A stretch of 35,056 nucleotides of DNA, taken from positions 1 through 35,056 of the forward strand of contig CAYQYU010000011.1 in the NCBI GenBank assembly GCA_964421955.1, given 5' to 3'. The notes beneath the pieces are model-generated. The model saw nothing but the letters and a program-made list of their open reading frames with translations. It ran no database searches and was not told the origin of the DNA. Position 1 is the stretch's first letter. Each line of letters starts with the position of its first letter. The translations under genes were made by a program, and so were the position numbers. This document shows, in pieces, positions 18,871 to 26,394 of the stretch. The DNA is from an uncultured archaeon (GTDB taxonomy: Archaea > Nanohalarchaeota > Nanosalinia > Nanosalinales > Nanosalinaceae).

Positions 18871-18921
18871 GACACGGGACTCTCTTTAAGTGATAAAAGG
18901 TTTACCAGTTCAAGTTCGTAC

Positions 18922-19737
18922 ATGGATTTTTCTCTGAAAAGCACGGTTAAACAGGCCAGCTACTTCGAATCGGGTACGAACTCCGACATCCAGCTGGTCT
19001 TCGTCCCAGGCCTATATAACCGCCGAATATGGAAGCACCAGGTGAACTACTTCTCGGAGGACTACATGGTTTTCAGCCCTTCAGGCGCCAGATATATGGA
19101 CCAGAAAGAAGCACTTGAACGCGTGCTCGACAGGGAAGACGTGGGCAACGCCGTGATAATTTCGCAGGGCCTTGGAAACAGCCTTTCCCAGGAGTTCGAG
19201 TACCGCGAGGAAGTTATCGCAACAGTAAATACCGGGGTGAAGAAAAACTACAGCCTTTCGATCCCAAGAAGATTTTACAACCTTTTCTGGAGCTTCAGTC
19301 TACAGGAGCCGAAGGTCTACAAGAAAATGTTCTTTTCGGATTTCACCGATTACCGCGTGGCCAGGCAGTTCATCGAGGAAATCGAGAAGCCCAGTTACGA
19401 CGTGCTGATGTCCTTTTTCGAGAGCTACAGCCTGCGGAAGCCGGTGAAAAACGCTCTCGTTATCCATGCTGACAGGGACCGGTTTTCCTCTCTGGAGTTG
19501 GCACAGAAGTTCCAGCCGAACGTCTCAATAAGCGTCATAAGGAACGCGGGAAGCTTCAGCTTCTACGAGAAGCCGCAGGAGTACAACAAGGCGTTGCTGG
19601 ACTTCCTGAACGGCCTCAACAGGTTTGTTAAAAAACGGGAGGTCTCAAAGACAAGGGAGAAGAACCGTTCGCTCGCCGAGTTCTCGCAGGAAAAGGAAAC
19701 CAAGAGAGAGTGGCAAAAGCCGAGGGTTGGAGAATGA
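18922..19737 (+). CDS. Alpha/beta-hydrolase-fold protein, catalytic residues apparently lost
   Basis: LVFVPG, WKHQVNYFS, LVIHADRD, EKPQEYNKALLDFL typical of the fold; elbow reads SQGLG and the His loop reads AGSF. Confidence 0.75.
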   Translation: MDFSLKSTVKQASYFESGTNSDIQLVFVPGLYNRRIWKHQVNYFSEDYMVFSPSGARYMDQKEALERVLDREDVGNAVIISQGLGNSLSQEFEYREEVIATVNTGVKKNYSLSIPRRFYNLFWSFSLQEPKVYKKMFFSDFTDYRVARQFIEEIEKPSYDVLMSFFESYSLRKPVKNALVIHADRDRFSSLELAQKFQPNVSISVIRNAGSFSFYEKPQEYNKALLDFLNGLNRFVKKREVSKTREKNRSLAEFSQEKETKREWQKPRVGE

Positions 19738-20273
19738 ACGCGGGAATAATACTGAAGGACAGCCTGGATGAAAAGTCCCCGGTAGTCTTTCTCGGTGATG
19801 AAGTGTCCTGCCACTCCGTGGAGACCAATGAGGAGATAGCTGAGCTTATAGTTGAGAGACAGCCAGAGGTCGTAGCAGTTGACGCCGGTACTGAGCAGTC
19901 GCCACAGGAGTTCACGAAGCAAGAAGAAGAGCTGAGGGAAGAGGGGCACGCGTTCACGCCGACCTCTCATGAGCCCAGGAAGACGAAGAGGCTGGAGTCG
20001 CTAAAGGCCCGGCTTTTCCAGGAGATGGGTGCGGCACAACCGGAGATTATCAGGTTCGACCCAAATATTACTGCGAAAGAGCTCGCGATACATGGCGATG
20101 AGGCACTGAAGTCTTACGGGATCGATGGATCGAGTATAGGAAGCGCAGAGCAGTTCGATGCGATGCTGGGCGCTATAACAGCCCGCTTCTATGAACAGAA
20201 CCAGGTGAAAGACCTGGGTGTAATCATTCCGGAGCCGTTAAATACCTCTGAGACTGAGAACAACAAGACTTAA
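19734..20273 (+). CDS. DUF429-like (RNase H-fold) protein, divergent
   Basis: VVAVDAG, EEELREEG, FDAMLGAITARFY resemble DUF429; ATGA overlap with the upstream stop gives start 19734. Confidence 0.6.
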   Translation: MNAGIILKDSLDEKSPVVFLGDEVSCHSVETNEEIAELIVERQPEVVAVDAGTEQSPQEFTKQEEELREEGHAFTPTSHEPRKTKRLESLKARLFQEMGAAQPEIIRFDPNITAKELAIHGDEALKSYGIDGSSIGSAEQFDAMLGAITARFYEQNQVKDLGVIIPEPLNTSETENNKT

Positions 20274-20312
20274 AAGTGTTTTACGATCAAACGGTAAATA
20301 CAGGTTATATCT

Positions 20313-20654
20313 ATGGGAATGGAGAAGTTTTACAGGACAGTCCGGGAAACATTCGGAGTCGAGAAAGAGCAGCTCAAGAAGGAAGTAAAAGATGAGGCGG
20401 TCGCAGAGCTGCGTGAAGAGCTTGCGCAGGAAATATCGTACATCGAGGCGCAGATGAGAGAGTACGAGCAGCTTGTCGCAGAGGTCAACCACCTTCTCGC
20501 GACGATGAGAAAGGACCGGATCAAGAAGCGCTCTAGAGGTAAGCAGATTAAAATGGACGAGTTCCAGGAAGACCTCGAACCACTAAAGTCGAAACTGAAG
20601 CAGCTCGAAAAGTCTATGGAAGAGCGTCTAAATGAGCAGAAAGCCTATAGCTAG
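20313..20654 (+). CDS. Hypothetical coiled-coil protein
   Basis: Heptad-like E/K/L-rich helices throughout. Confidence 0.75.
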   Translation: MGMEKFYRTVRETFGVEKEQLKKEVKDEAVAELREELAQEISYIEAQMREYEQLVAEVNHLLATMRKDRIKKRSRGKQIKMDEFQEDLEPLKSKLKQLEKSMEERLNEQKAYS

Positions 20655-20946
20655 TGTTCTCGACAGAATAACTGAAATGCACGAGAGCCGCTACGAGAGC
20701 GGCTATGACTCTGGCGAGCTTTTTGTTGGCCTGGCTCTCGAAAACTCCTCTGAGGAAGAAATGATAGATGCAGAGCTGGAGCTGCTGAGAGACAGATTTG
20801 AAAAGATAGACCCTGAACTCGAAGGCCTCTTGGGAGAAGTATACAGAATTTTCAGGCCCTACAAAGCCGGATTTGTCCACGGTTTCCACGATTATCTGGA
20901 AGAAGAGGCTCCGGAGCTCTACCACGGCTCAAAGGCGATGCAATGA
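20632..20946 (+). CDS. Hypothetical acidic protein
   Basis: Overlaps both neighbours in operon fashion. Confidence 0.65.
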   Translation: MSRKPIASVLDRITEMHESRYESGYDSGELFVGLALENSSEEEMIDAELELLRDRFEKIDPELEGLLGEVYRIFRPYKAGFVHGFHDYLEEEAPELYHGSKAMQ

Positions 20947-21665
20947 AAGTCTCTGGATCTCGTCATCTACACCTTCCTTCCTTTATGGGTAGCACTCCAA
21001 CAGTTACAGAGACTAAAGCAGAGATAATGAAGAACAGTCGGCGGAGAGCCGCTCTCAGGTTCCTGCTTGAAGAGGACGTAAACCCTGACTCGGTATACGA
21101 GTCTCATAGAGTCAGGGAGATATCAGAATGGATAGATGAACGTGAAGGCCAGGATAAGCGCGAAAGCATCTATAACACCCTCTCAAAAAACCATCTACCT
21201 TACATGGAAGATGAAGGGTTTGTAGAATATGACGATGACCGCAAGATAGTTGATCCCGGACCGCGTCTAAATGAGCTGAAGCGGCTTCTGGATGAGAAGC
21301 CTCTTGAACATGGAGATTTCGAGATCAGTGCAGAGGACCTGTTTCATCTGCTGTCGAATGACAGGCGTAGAAAAGCTCTTCACTACATGAAGGAACAGGA
21401 AGAAAGACCATCACGTTGGAACCCCCTCGGCGAGGTCTATACAGGCGAGCCTTACAACCTAAATGACATGGTAGACCAGATAGCCGACTGGAAAGGAGAA
21501 GATGTGAAACAAGATTCAATCTACAGCGCCCTTCACCAGTCCCATCTCCCGGAGCTTGACAAAAACCATGTCATCGAATACCGCAGGGAAGAAAGTACCA
21601 TCGAGAGAGGTGTTTTCTTCGATCCTGTTGTCTCCTACCTGCCTGAACCTGACTTCACAGACTAG
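20943..21665 (+). CDS. Tandem winged-helix protein (two DUF7344-like haloarchaeal wHTH domains)
   Basis: Internal repeat NSRRRAALRFL...SIYNTLSKNHLPYM..GFVEYD and SNDRRRKALHYM...SIYSALHQSHLPEL...VIEY. Confidence 0.75.
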   Translation: MKVSGSRHLHLPSFMGSTPTVTETKAEIMKNSRRRAALRFLLEEDVNPDSVYESHRVREISEWIDEREGQDKRESIYNTLSKNHLPYMEDEGFVEYDDDRKIVDPGPRLNELKRLLDEKPLEHGDFEISAEDLFHLLSNDRRRKALHYMKEQEERPSRWNPLGEVYTGEPYNLNDMVDQIADWKGEDVKQDSIYSALHQSHLPELDKNHVIEYRREESTIERGVFFDPVVSYLPEPDFTD

Positions 21666-21668
21666 GAT

Positions 21669-22550
21669 CTAATCCAGGATATTTTCGACAAACTCTTCAC
21701 TGTCAAACTCTTCAAGATCATCATAATCCTGACCTGTACCGATAAACGCTACAGGTTTCCCGCTTTTCTGGGAGATCGAGATTATTGCGCCGCCGTTCTC
21801 GTCGACATCCATTTTCGTGACGATTATCGCATCAAACATGCCTTCATACGCCTGAGCCTGCTCTACAACGTCATTACCTGCGAGGGCATCAACCACCAGA
21901 AAGGCGATATCCGGCTCATTGACATCGATCATTTTCTCAAGCTCGTCCATAAGGTTCGTGTCCGCATGGCTTCTGCCCGCGGTATCGACTATTGCCACCT
22001 TGCCCTCATTCTCCGCGTGCTCGACCGTGTCGTAGCCGACTGCCGCGGGATCGCTCTCGTACTCGTGCGAGATCACCTTTGAACCGAGCTTTTCTCCATG
22101 CTCCTTCAACTGTTCGATAGACGCCGCTCTAAAAGTATCTCCAGCGCCGAGAACCGCTTCTCGATCGAGGTGGTTCGCGAGCTTTGCCGCGGTCGTGGTC
22201 TTCCCCGAGCCGTTGAAACCTATCAGGAATATTGTCGGCGGTTCATCGGCTTCTCCAAGAGCTTTCTCCAGATCGAAGCTGTCGTCAAGTATGTCCAGTA
22301 AAACTTTTTCTACCACCTCATTAACTTTTTCCTCGACTTTTCCACGGGCAGCTTTCTCGCCGAGTAAGGAGTCGCGAAGCTCGTCCTCGATCGTTTCTGC
22401 GACCTCAAGAGAAACGTTGTTCTGCAGAAGCTTTAGCCTTAATTCGTCGAGAAGCGGGTCAATAGTATCCTCGTCAAGCTCTTTTTCTGCAACTGTGGAC
22501 TTTACATCTGAAGAAAATTCCTTTACCGATTCGCGGAACTTGTCCAGCAT
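21669..22550 (-). CDS. ftsY: SRP receptor FtsY
   Basis: GFNGSGKTTTAAKLA, DTFRAASIEQL, DTAGR, NLMDEL, TKMD, GTGQDYDDL. Confidence 0.97.
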   Translation of the reverse strand: MLDKFRESVKEFSSDVKSTVAEKELDEDTIDPLLDELRLKLLQNNVSLEVAETIEDELRDSLLGEKAARGKVEEKVNEVVEKVLLDILDDSFDLEKALGEADEPPTIFLIGFNGSGKTTTAAKLANHLDREAVLGAGDTFRAASIEQLKEHGEKLGSKVISHEYESDPAAVGYDTVEHAENEGKVAIVDTAGRSHADTNLMDELEKMIDVNEPDIAFLVVDALAGNDVVEQAQAYEGMFDAIIVTKMDVDENGGAIISISQKSGKPVAFIGTGQDYDDLEEFDSEEFVENILD

Positions 22551-22554
22551 TCTC

Positions 22555-22962
22555 TCACTCCTGCTGGAGCTGCTGCATCTTACCCTGGAGTTCCTGCATC
22601 TGCTGCTGAAGTTGCTGCAGGGTCGACTCTAGCTCTTCACGGGTATCTTCCAGGTCATCCCTGCGGCCCACGAGGATGTCTTCTGCCTCGTCAAGTTCAC
22701 GCTTTTCGAAGTTGTCACCGCCGATATTGGTTATTACTTTATCAGTTTCCTTGATCTCGGCTACTGCAAGCACTCCTGCCCCGAGACGGGCGAGGATCTG
22801 GCTCCCCTCTTCAACTTCCTCGAGATCGTTTACCGCGTCGATCGTGTTCTGGATTTCCCCTGTATTTTCCTCTACTCGCTCCAGGAACTCCTGGACCTGC
22901 TGGATCTGCTGCTGGATTTCCTGGTACTGCTGCACCATCTGCTGCTGTTGCTGCTCATCCAT
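22555..22962 (-). CDS. pfdA: Prefoldin subunit alpha
   Basis: Coiled coil - beta hairpins (ILARLGAG, VITNIGGD) - coiled coil; synteny between rpl18a and ftsY. Confidence 0.93.
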   Translation of the reverse strand: MDEQQQQQMVQQYQEIQQQIQQVQEFLERVEENTGEIQNTIDAVNDLEEVEEGSQILARLGAGVLAVAEIKETDKVITNIGGDNFEKRELDEAEDILVGRRDDLEDTREELESTLQQLQQQMQELQGKMQQLQQE

Positions 22963-22963
22963 T

Positions 22964-23140
22964 CTAGATCTCCTCTTCGTCTTCTATCTCTATCTTGCTC
23001 CTCGGTACCGAGTGCTCAGAACCGAGCGAGGAGTAAAGCTTTTCACGCGCATATTCCAGGGACTCGGCAGCTACCTCTCTTTCAAAAGGATTGTTGCCCC
23101 GGCCCTGCCGGATTTTACCTGAGAACCTGTATTCGGTCAT
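22964..23140 (-). CDS. rpl18a: 50S ribosomal protein L18a (LX/eL20), not in the ORF track
   Basis: Hand translation MTEYRFSGKIRQGRGNNPFEREVAAESLEYAREKLYSSLGSEHSVPRSKIEIEDEEEI (58 aa); YSxLGSxH motif; synteny eif6-rpl18a-pfdA. Confidence 0.92.
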   Translation of the reverse strand: MTEYRFSGKIRQGRGNNPFEREVAAESLEYAREKLYSSLGSEHSVPRSKIEIEDEEEI

Positions 23141-23165
23141 GGTTCAAGCGAGAACTACGAACTTT

Positions 23166-23816
23166 TTAAACCCTGTCTATATGGAGAGTCCTGTCGATCC
23201 GTCCGATCTCCGGTCCAGAGGTGTCCTCTCCTACCAGAACGTTGCTATCCGTGCAGACAAGGCCCGAGCCGATGTACGGCGAGCCAAGATTGATTGTCCC
23301 GATATCCACCCGCTCAACCTCAAGAACCTCACTTATATGCTCGGCCTCTTCTTCTGTCGCCTCCCTGTGAAGCAGTACGCCGTTGTTGTTTGCGGCACCG
23401 CAGACACCCGCATTCGGGAGCCCCGCGACCTCTCCTACTTCTACAGGAACTCCGAGCGACTCCCTGATTTCCTCCTTATTGTCCGAGAGCCGTTCGCTGA
23501 TGATTGCGCCTTTATCGTTCGCGAGCACAAGGTTGCCAAGCGCGTTCTCCCGGGAGTCAAGAACATGGAATTCGACATTCGAGTCATCCAGTTTTTCTCG
23601 CTCCCGCTCCGTTGTGCTCTCCGGTACGAGTATACAGTTCGAGTTCCCGGCCGTGAAAAGTCCCACAAGCCTTGTTTTCGCGATATAGGTCTCGCAGCTC
23701 TCGACCTCGAAGAACTCTTTTCTCTGGAATTCTGGAGGGAAAATGGCGCCCCCACTGGTAACCGTGGCGTAGAAACCTATGCTCGGGTCGCCCCGGTAGT
23801 TGTATCTCTCTATCAT
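23166..23816 (-). CDS. eif6: Translation initiation factor 6 (aIF6)
   Basis: LVGLFTAGNSN, ALGNLVLANDKGA, ANNNGVLLH, GTINLGSPYIGSG, TSGPEIGRI. Confidence 0.96.
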   Translation of the reverse strand: MIERYNYRGDPSIGFYATVTSGGAIFPPEFQRKEFFEVESCETYIAKTRLVGLFTAGNSNCILVPESTTEREREKLDDSNVEFHVLDSRENALGNLVLANDKGAIISERLSDNKEEIRESLGVPVEVGEVAGLPNAGVCGAANNNGVLLHREATEEEAEHISEVLEVERVDIGTINLGSPYIGSGLVCTDSNVLVGEDTSGPEIGRIDRTLHIDRV

Positions 23817-23817
23817 T

Positions 23818-24330
23818 TTATGTCCTGGATTCGAGCCATTCCTTCAGCGTCTTCCGGTCCTTGTTCTCCTTCTCGGCCTCAAGTGCGGCTTCCCAGTCAG
23901 GATCATCGAGCTCCTGTAGATCTTCCTTTGCCTCGCTCACGGTGCCAGAGACAATTTCATCGTAGTCCGCTTCTACCTCTTCACTTCCATCCTCTTCAGC
24001 TTCAGTCTCTTCCTCCGTTTCTTCTCCGGGTTCTTCCTCGACTGTTTCTTCCTCTTCTTCTGGTTCCGGCTCAGGTTCAGGTTCCTCAACTTTGGTCCCG
24101 GGAAGAACTGCCCTGGGACCGTCCGGGGTCTCAACCACTTCGACTTCAAGCTTCGCTGGCGGTCTCTCGACTCCGTTCTCCCATATCCGCGAGTTTATCT
24201 CAGGGGCGATAGAGACCTTCTCGTTCTCCTTCTCCTCCAGTTTTTCTCTCAGAATCGTCATCGCTTTCTGTGCCCGTCTCCTCCTGGAGAATGATCGGGC
24301 CCGGGAAAGATTGACCGTGTAGCGAGCCAT
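23818..24330 (-). CDS. rpl31e: 50S ribosomal protein L31e with long acidic C-terminal extension
   Basis: YTVNL, RRAQKAM, INSRIWENG, PPAKLEV in the first about 75 aa; then PE/E-rich linker and a helical tail. Confidence 0.9.
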   Translation of the reverse strand: MARYTVNLSRARSFSRRRRAQKAMTILREKLEEKENEKVSIAPEINSRIWENGVERPPAKLEVEVVETPDGPRAVLPGTKVEEPEPEPEPEEEEETVEEEPGEETEEETEAEEDGSEEVEADYDEIVSGTVSEAKEDLQELDDPDWEAALEAEKENKDRKTLKEWLESRT

Positions 24331-24353
24331 TTTTCAGCACCTGGAGAAAAAGT

Positions 24354-24527
24354 TTACTCGTCGGTGTCGTCCCGTCTCCAGTGACGGCTCTTACGCGGTT
24401 TGACTGACTTTTTCCTGGCTCTCTGGAGTCCATACGCCTTCAGGGAAATCCATCTGGGTGCGGACTTCGCGGTCTTCGCGGCCTTTGCAAGCCTCTTCTT
24501 CTTGGCCTTCGACTTGTTAGATGACAT
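24354..24527 (-). CDS. rpl39e: 50S ribosomal protein L39e, not in the ORF track
   Basis: Hand translation MSSNKSKAKKKRLAKAAKTAKSAPRWISLKAYGLQRARKKSVKPRKSRHWRRDDTDE (57 aa); KKKRLAK, PxW and RHWRR motifs; GGAGGTGA SD at 24538-24545. Confidence 0.92.
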   Translation of the reverse strand: MSSNKSKAKKKRLAKAAKTAKSAPRWISLKAYGLQRARKKSVKPRKSRHWRRDDTDE

Positions 24528-24537
24528 ATCCAGTTTT

Positions 24538-24849
24538 TCACCTCCTGAACTTTATATCAGTGTCCTCTTTCGAGCCGCGGACCTCTCTAAGTATTTCTTT
24601 CAGCTCCTCGTCGCCCATCTCTTCTATCCGTCCTGCTCTACCTAGCTGGGCGACCTGTGTCTCGATCGCGGACGCGAGTTCCGGGTCTGCAGCACGTATA
24701 TTTCCGAGACGGGATTTCGCATCCTTTGTTAGATACTGTGACGCGAGGTTCTTTATCTGCTCCCTCTGTTGTTCCTTTTGATTCTCGGAGTCTTCCATCT
24801 CCTGCATTCTCTGCTTCCTCAGTTCTTCAAGATCTTCGTCTTCAGGCAT
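24538..24849 (-). CDS. PDCD5-family DNA-binding protein
   Basis: DLEELRKQRMQE, LTKDAKSRLGNIR, DEELKEIL, IKFRR; synteny rps19e-PDCD5-rpl39e. Confidence 0.93.
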   Translation of the reverse strand: MPEDEDLEELRKQRMQEMEDSENQKEQQREQIKNLASQYLTKDAKSRLGNIRAADPELASAIETQVAQLGRAGRIEEMGDEELKEILREVRGSKEDTDIKFRR

Positions 24850-24856
24850 TGGAACG

Positions 24857-25267
24857 TTAAGCAACTATTTCGTCGGCTTTTCCGTCGAGAAAACTCTTGC
24901 CCTTGTCGGTTATCTTCCGGCCTTCTCCCTCTTCTTCCTCGAGAAGTCCCGCGTCTTCTAAATTCTGGAGCGCGGTCCTTATGACCTTTCCCGAGGCTTT
25001 TCCGTGGTGCTCGGGTCCGTGGCCGTGGTTCTTTCTTCCGCCGTAAACTGTCCTCAGCTTTGAAACTCCCAGGGGTCCTTCCATGTAGATCCGGCGTAGA
25101 ATTGCCGCGGCCCTGATATGGTACCAGTTCTCCTGTTCAGGAGGTCTCTCCCTGTCAACACCGGATTTCACGAACTCCGTCCATTCCGGTGCATCAAACT
25201 CTTCTTCGAGATCTCCTGCGACCTGCCTGATCAATGGCTCGGCTTTTACGTCGTATACTGTGGTCAT
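24857..25267 (-). CDS. rps19e: 30S ribosomal protein S19e
   Basis: MTTVYDV, PEWTEFVKSG, WYHIRAAAILR, YGGRK, ASGKVIRTALQNLE. Confidence 0.98.
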   Translation of the reverse strand: MTTVYDVKAEPLIRQVAGDLEEEFDAPEWTEFVKSGVDRERPPEQENWYHIRAAAILRRIYMEGPLGVSKLRTVYGGRKNHGHGPEHHGKASGKVIRTALQNLEDAGLLEEEEGEGRKITDKGKSFLDGKADEIVA

Positions 25268-25350
25268 ACATAGACCCGTTACTCAAAAACTTTTAAATGG
25301 GAAACCTCGCCCGCTAGCTTTATACGAAGGTAGCAAAAATAGTCCTATAG

Positions 25351-26382
25351 ATGAGTTCGTCCCTCGAAAATCAGAGGTCTGACATATCTACACCTGTTTC
25401 TCAAGACCAAACTCAGCTATCCATGGAGCCTTCTCCAACCCTTGAAGAAACCGTTGAAAGGCTTGAAGACTGGGAAAAGGAGTTCAGGCAGGAATATCTT
25501 GAAGAATCAGGCGGAGAAATCACCTTCCGGACTGACGATAAACTTGTGAAGAACCTGCTCACAGCTGCAGGAGACTACAACCCGATACACTTCCTCGAAG
25601 GGCTCGAAGCAAGTCAAGAAACTGATCTGGCACGGGAGAACTACCAGGAGTTTCTGGATGAGGTGCTGGAGGAGGAAGAAGGAATCGGCCAGCCTCACTG
25701 GATAGAAGACCGCCGCCAGAGGGATCTGGAAAAATACTCGGGAGCTGTCAACCCGGGAATGGTCTACACTACAGCGGCAGGATTAATGACGGAAGACCCG
25801 ATAGAGAGTATTGAGGTCACATGGGAAGACGCATCATGGATCGGCGACCAGGTAAAAATAGCTCCAAAGGAAAAATCGCCCGGATACGATATAACAGCTG
25901 AAACACCTGGAGGCACGGAAAGCCTGCCAAAAGGAGACATACGAGTTAAAACCGGAGAACACGGCCCAGATCACTACAACCTGGAAAAAGTAGCAGTAGT
26001 CAACCAGATAGTCGGACGAGAAGACAGGGGAGGAGACATGCTTTACTCGCTTGACCTTGACTTCTATGGAGACGTCAGCTGGGACGATCTTGAATGGGAG
26101 CGGGTAGCCTTTTCAGACGAATCGGTCGAGGTAATAAATGAGATATCAAACGGCAAGCTGACAGAGTACAGGGCAGAAGTAAAGGTGGACAACAAAACGG
26201 TTGGCGAGGTCTCCGAACTGTACGTTGATACCGACGGTTACCAGGAAATAGAAGACAGGTATGGCGATGATGAAAAAAGAGCCGTTACAAGAGCTGCCGA
26301 GGCAAATGCGAGGATGGCCACATTACCCGCTATCATGGCGCTGGAGTCAGGAGCCATAATGATGAAATACTTCCATCCATAG
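25351..26382 (+). CDS. Hypothetical acidic protein (343 aa)
   Basis: Long ORF between rps19e and thrS with TTTATA upstream; no family recognised. Confidence 0.8.
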   Translation: MSSSLENQRSDISTPVSQDQTQLSMEPSPTLEETVERLEDWEKEFRQEYLEESGGEITFRTDDKLVKNLLTAAGDYNPIHFLEGLEASQETDLARENYQEFLDEVLEEEEGIGQPHWIEDRRQRDLEKYSGAVNPGMVYTTAAGLMTEDPIESIEVTWEDASWIGDQVKIAPKEKSPGYDITAETPGGTESLPKGDIRVKTGEHGPDHYNLEKVAVVNQIVGREDRGGDMLYSLDLDFYGDVSWDDLEWERVAFSDESVEVINEISNGKLTEYRAEVKVDNKTVGEVSELYVDTDGYQEIEDRYGDDEKRAVTRAAEANARMATLPAIMALESGAIMMKYFHP

Positions 26383-26394
26383 AGACAGGAAAAA

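Noticed and set aside
22555-22962. CTG/CAG triplet runs as a tandem repeat locus
   Set aside because: They encode the Gln-rich coiled-coil ends of prefoldin alpha, usual in halophiles.
23091-24212. 373-aa plus-strand ORF and many other antisense ORFs in the track
   Set aside because: Shadow frames of well-supported genes (eif6, rpl31e and others); non-acidic composition atypical of this proteome.
13358-25460. Similar N-terminal PSPxL(D/E) stretches in the orphans at 13358 and 25351
   Set aside because: Too short and low in complexity to support paralogy.
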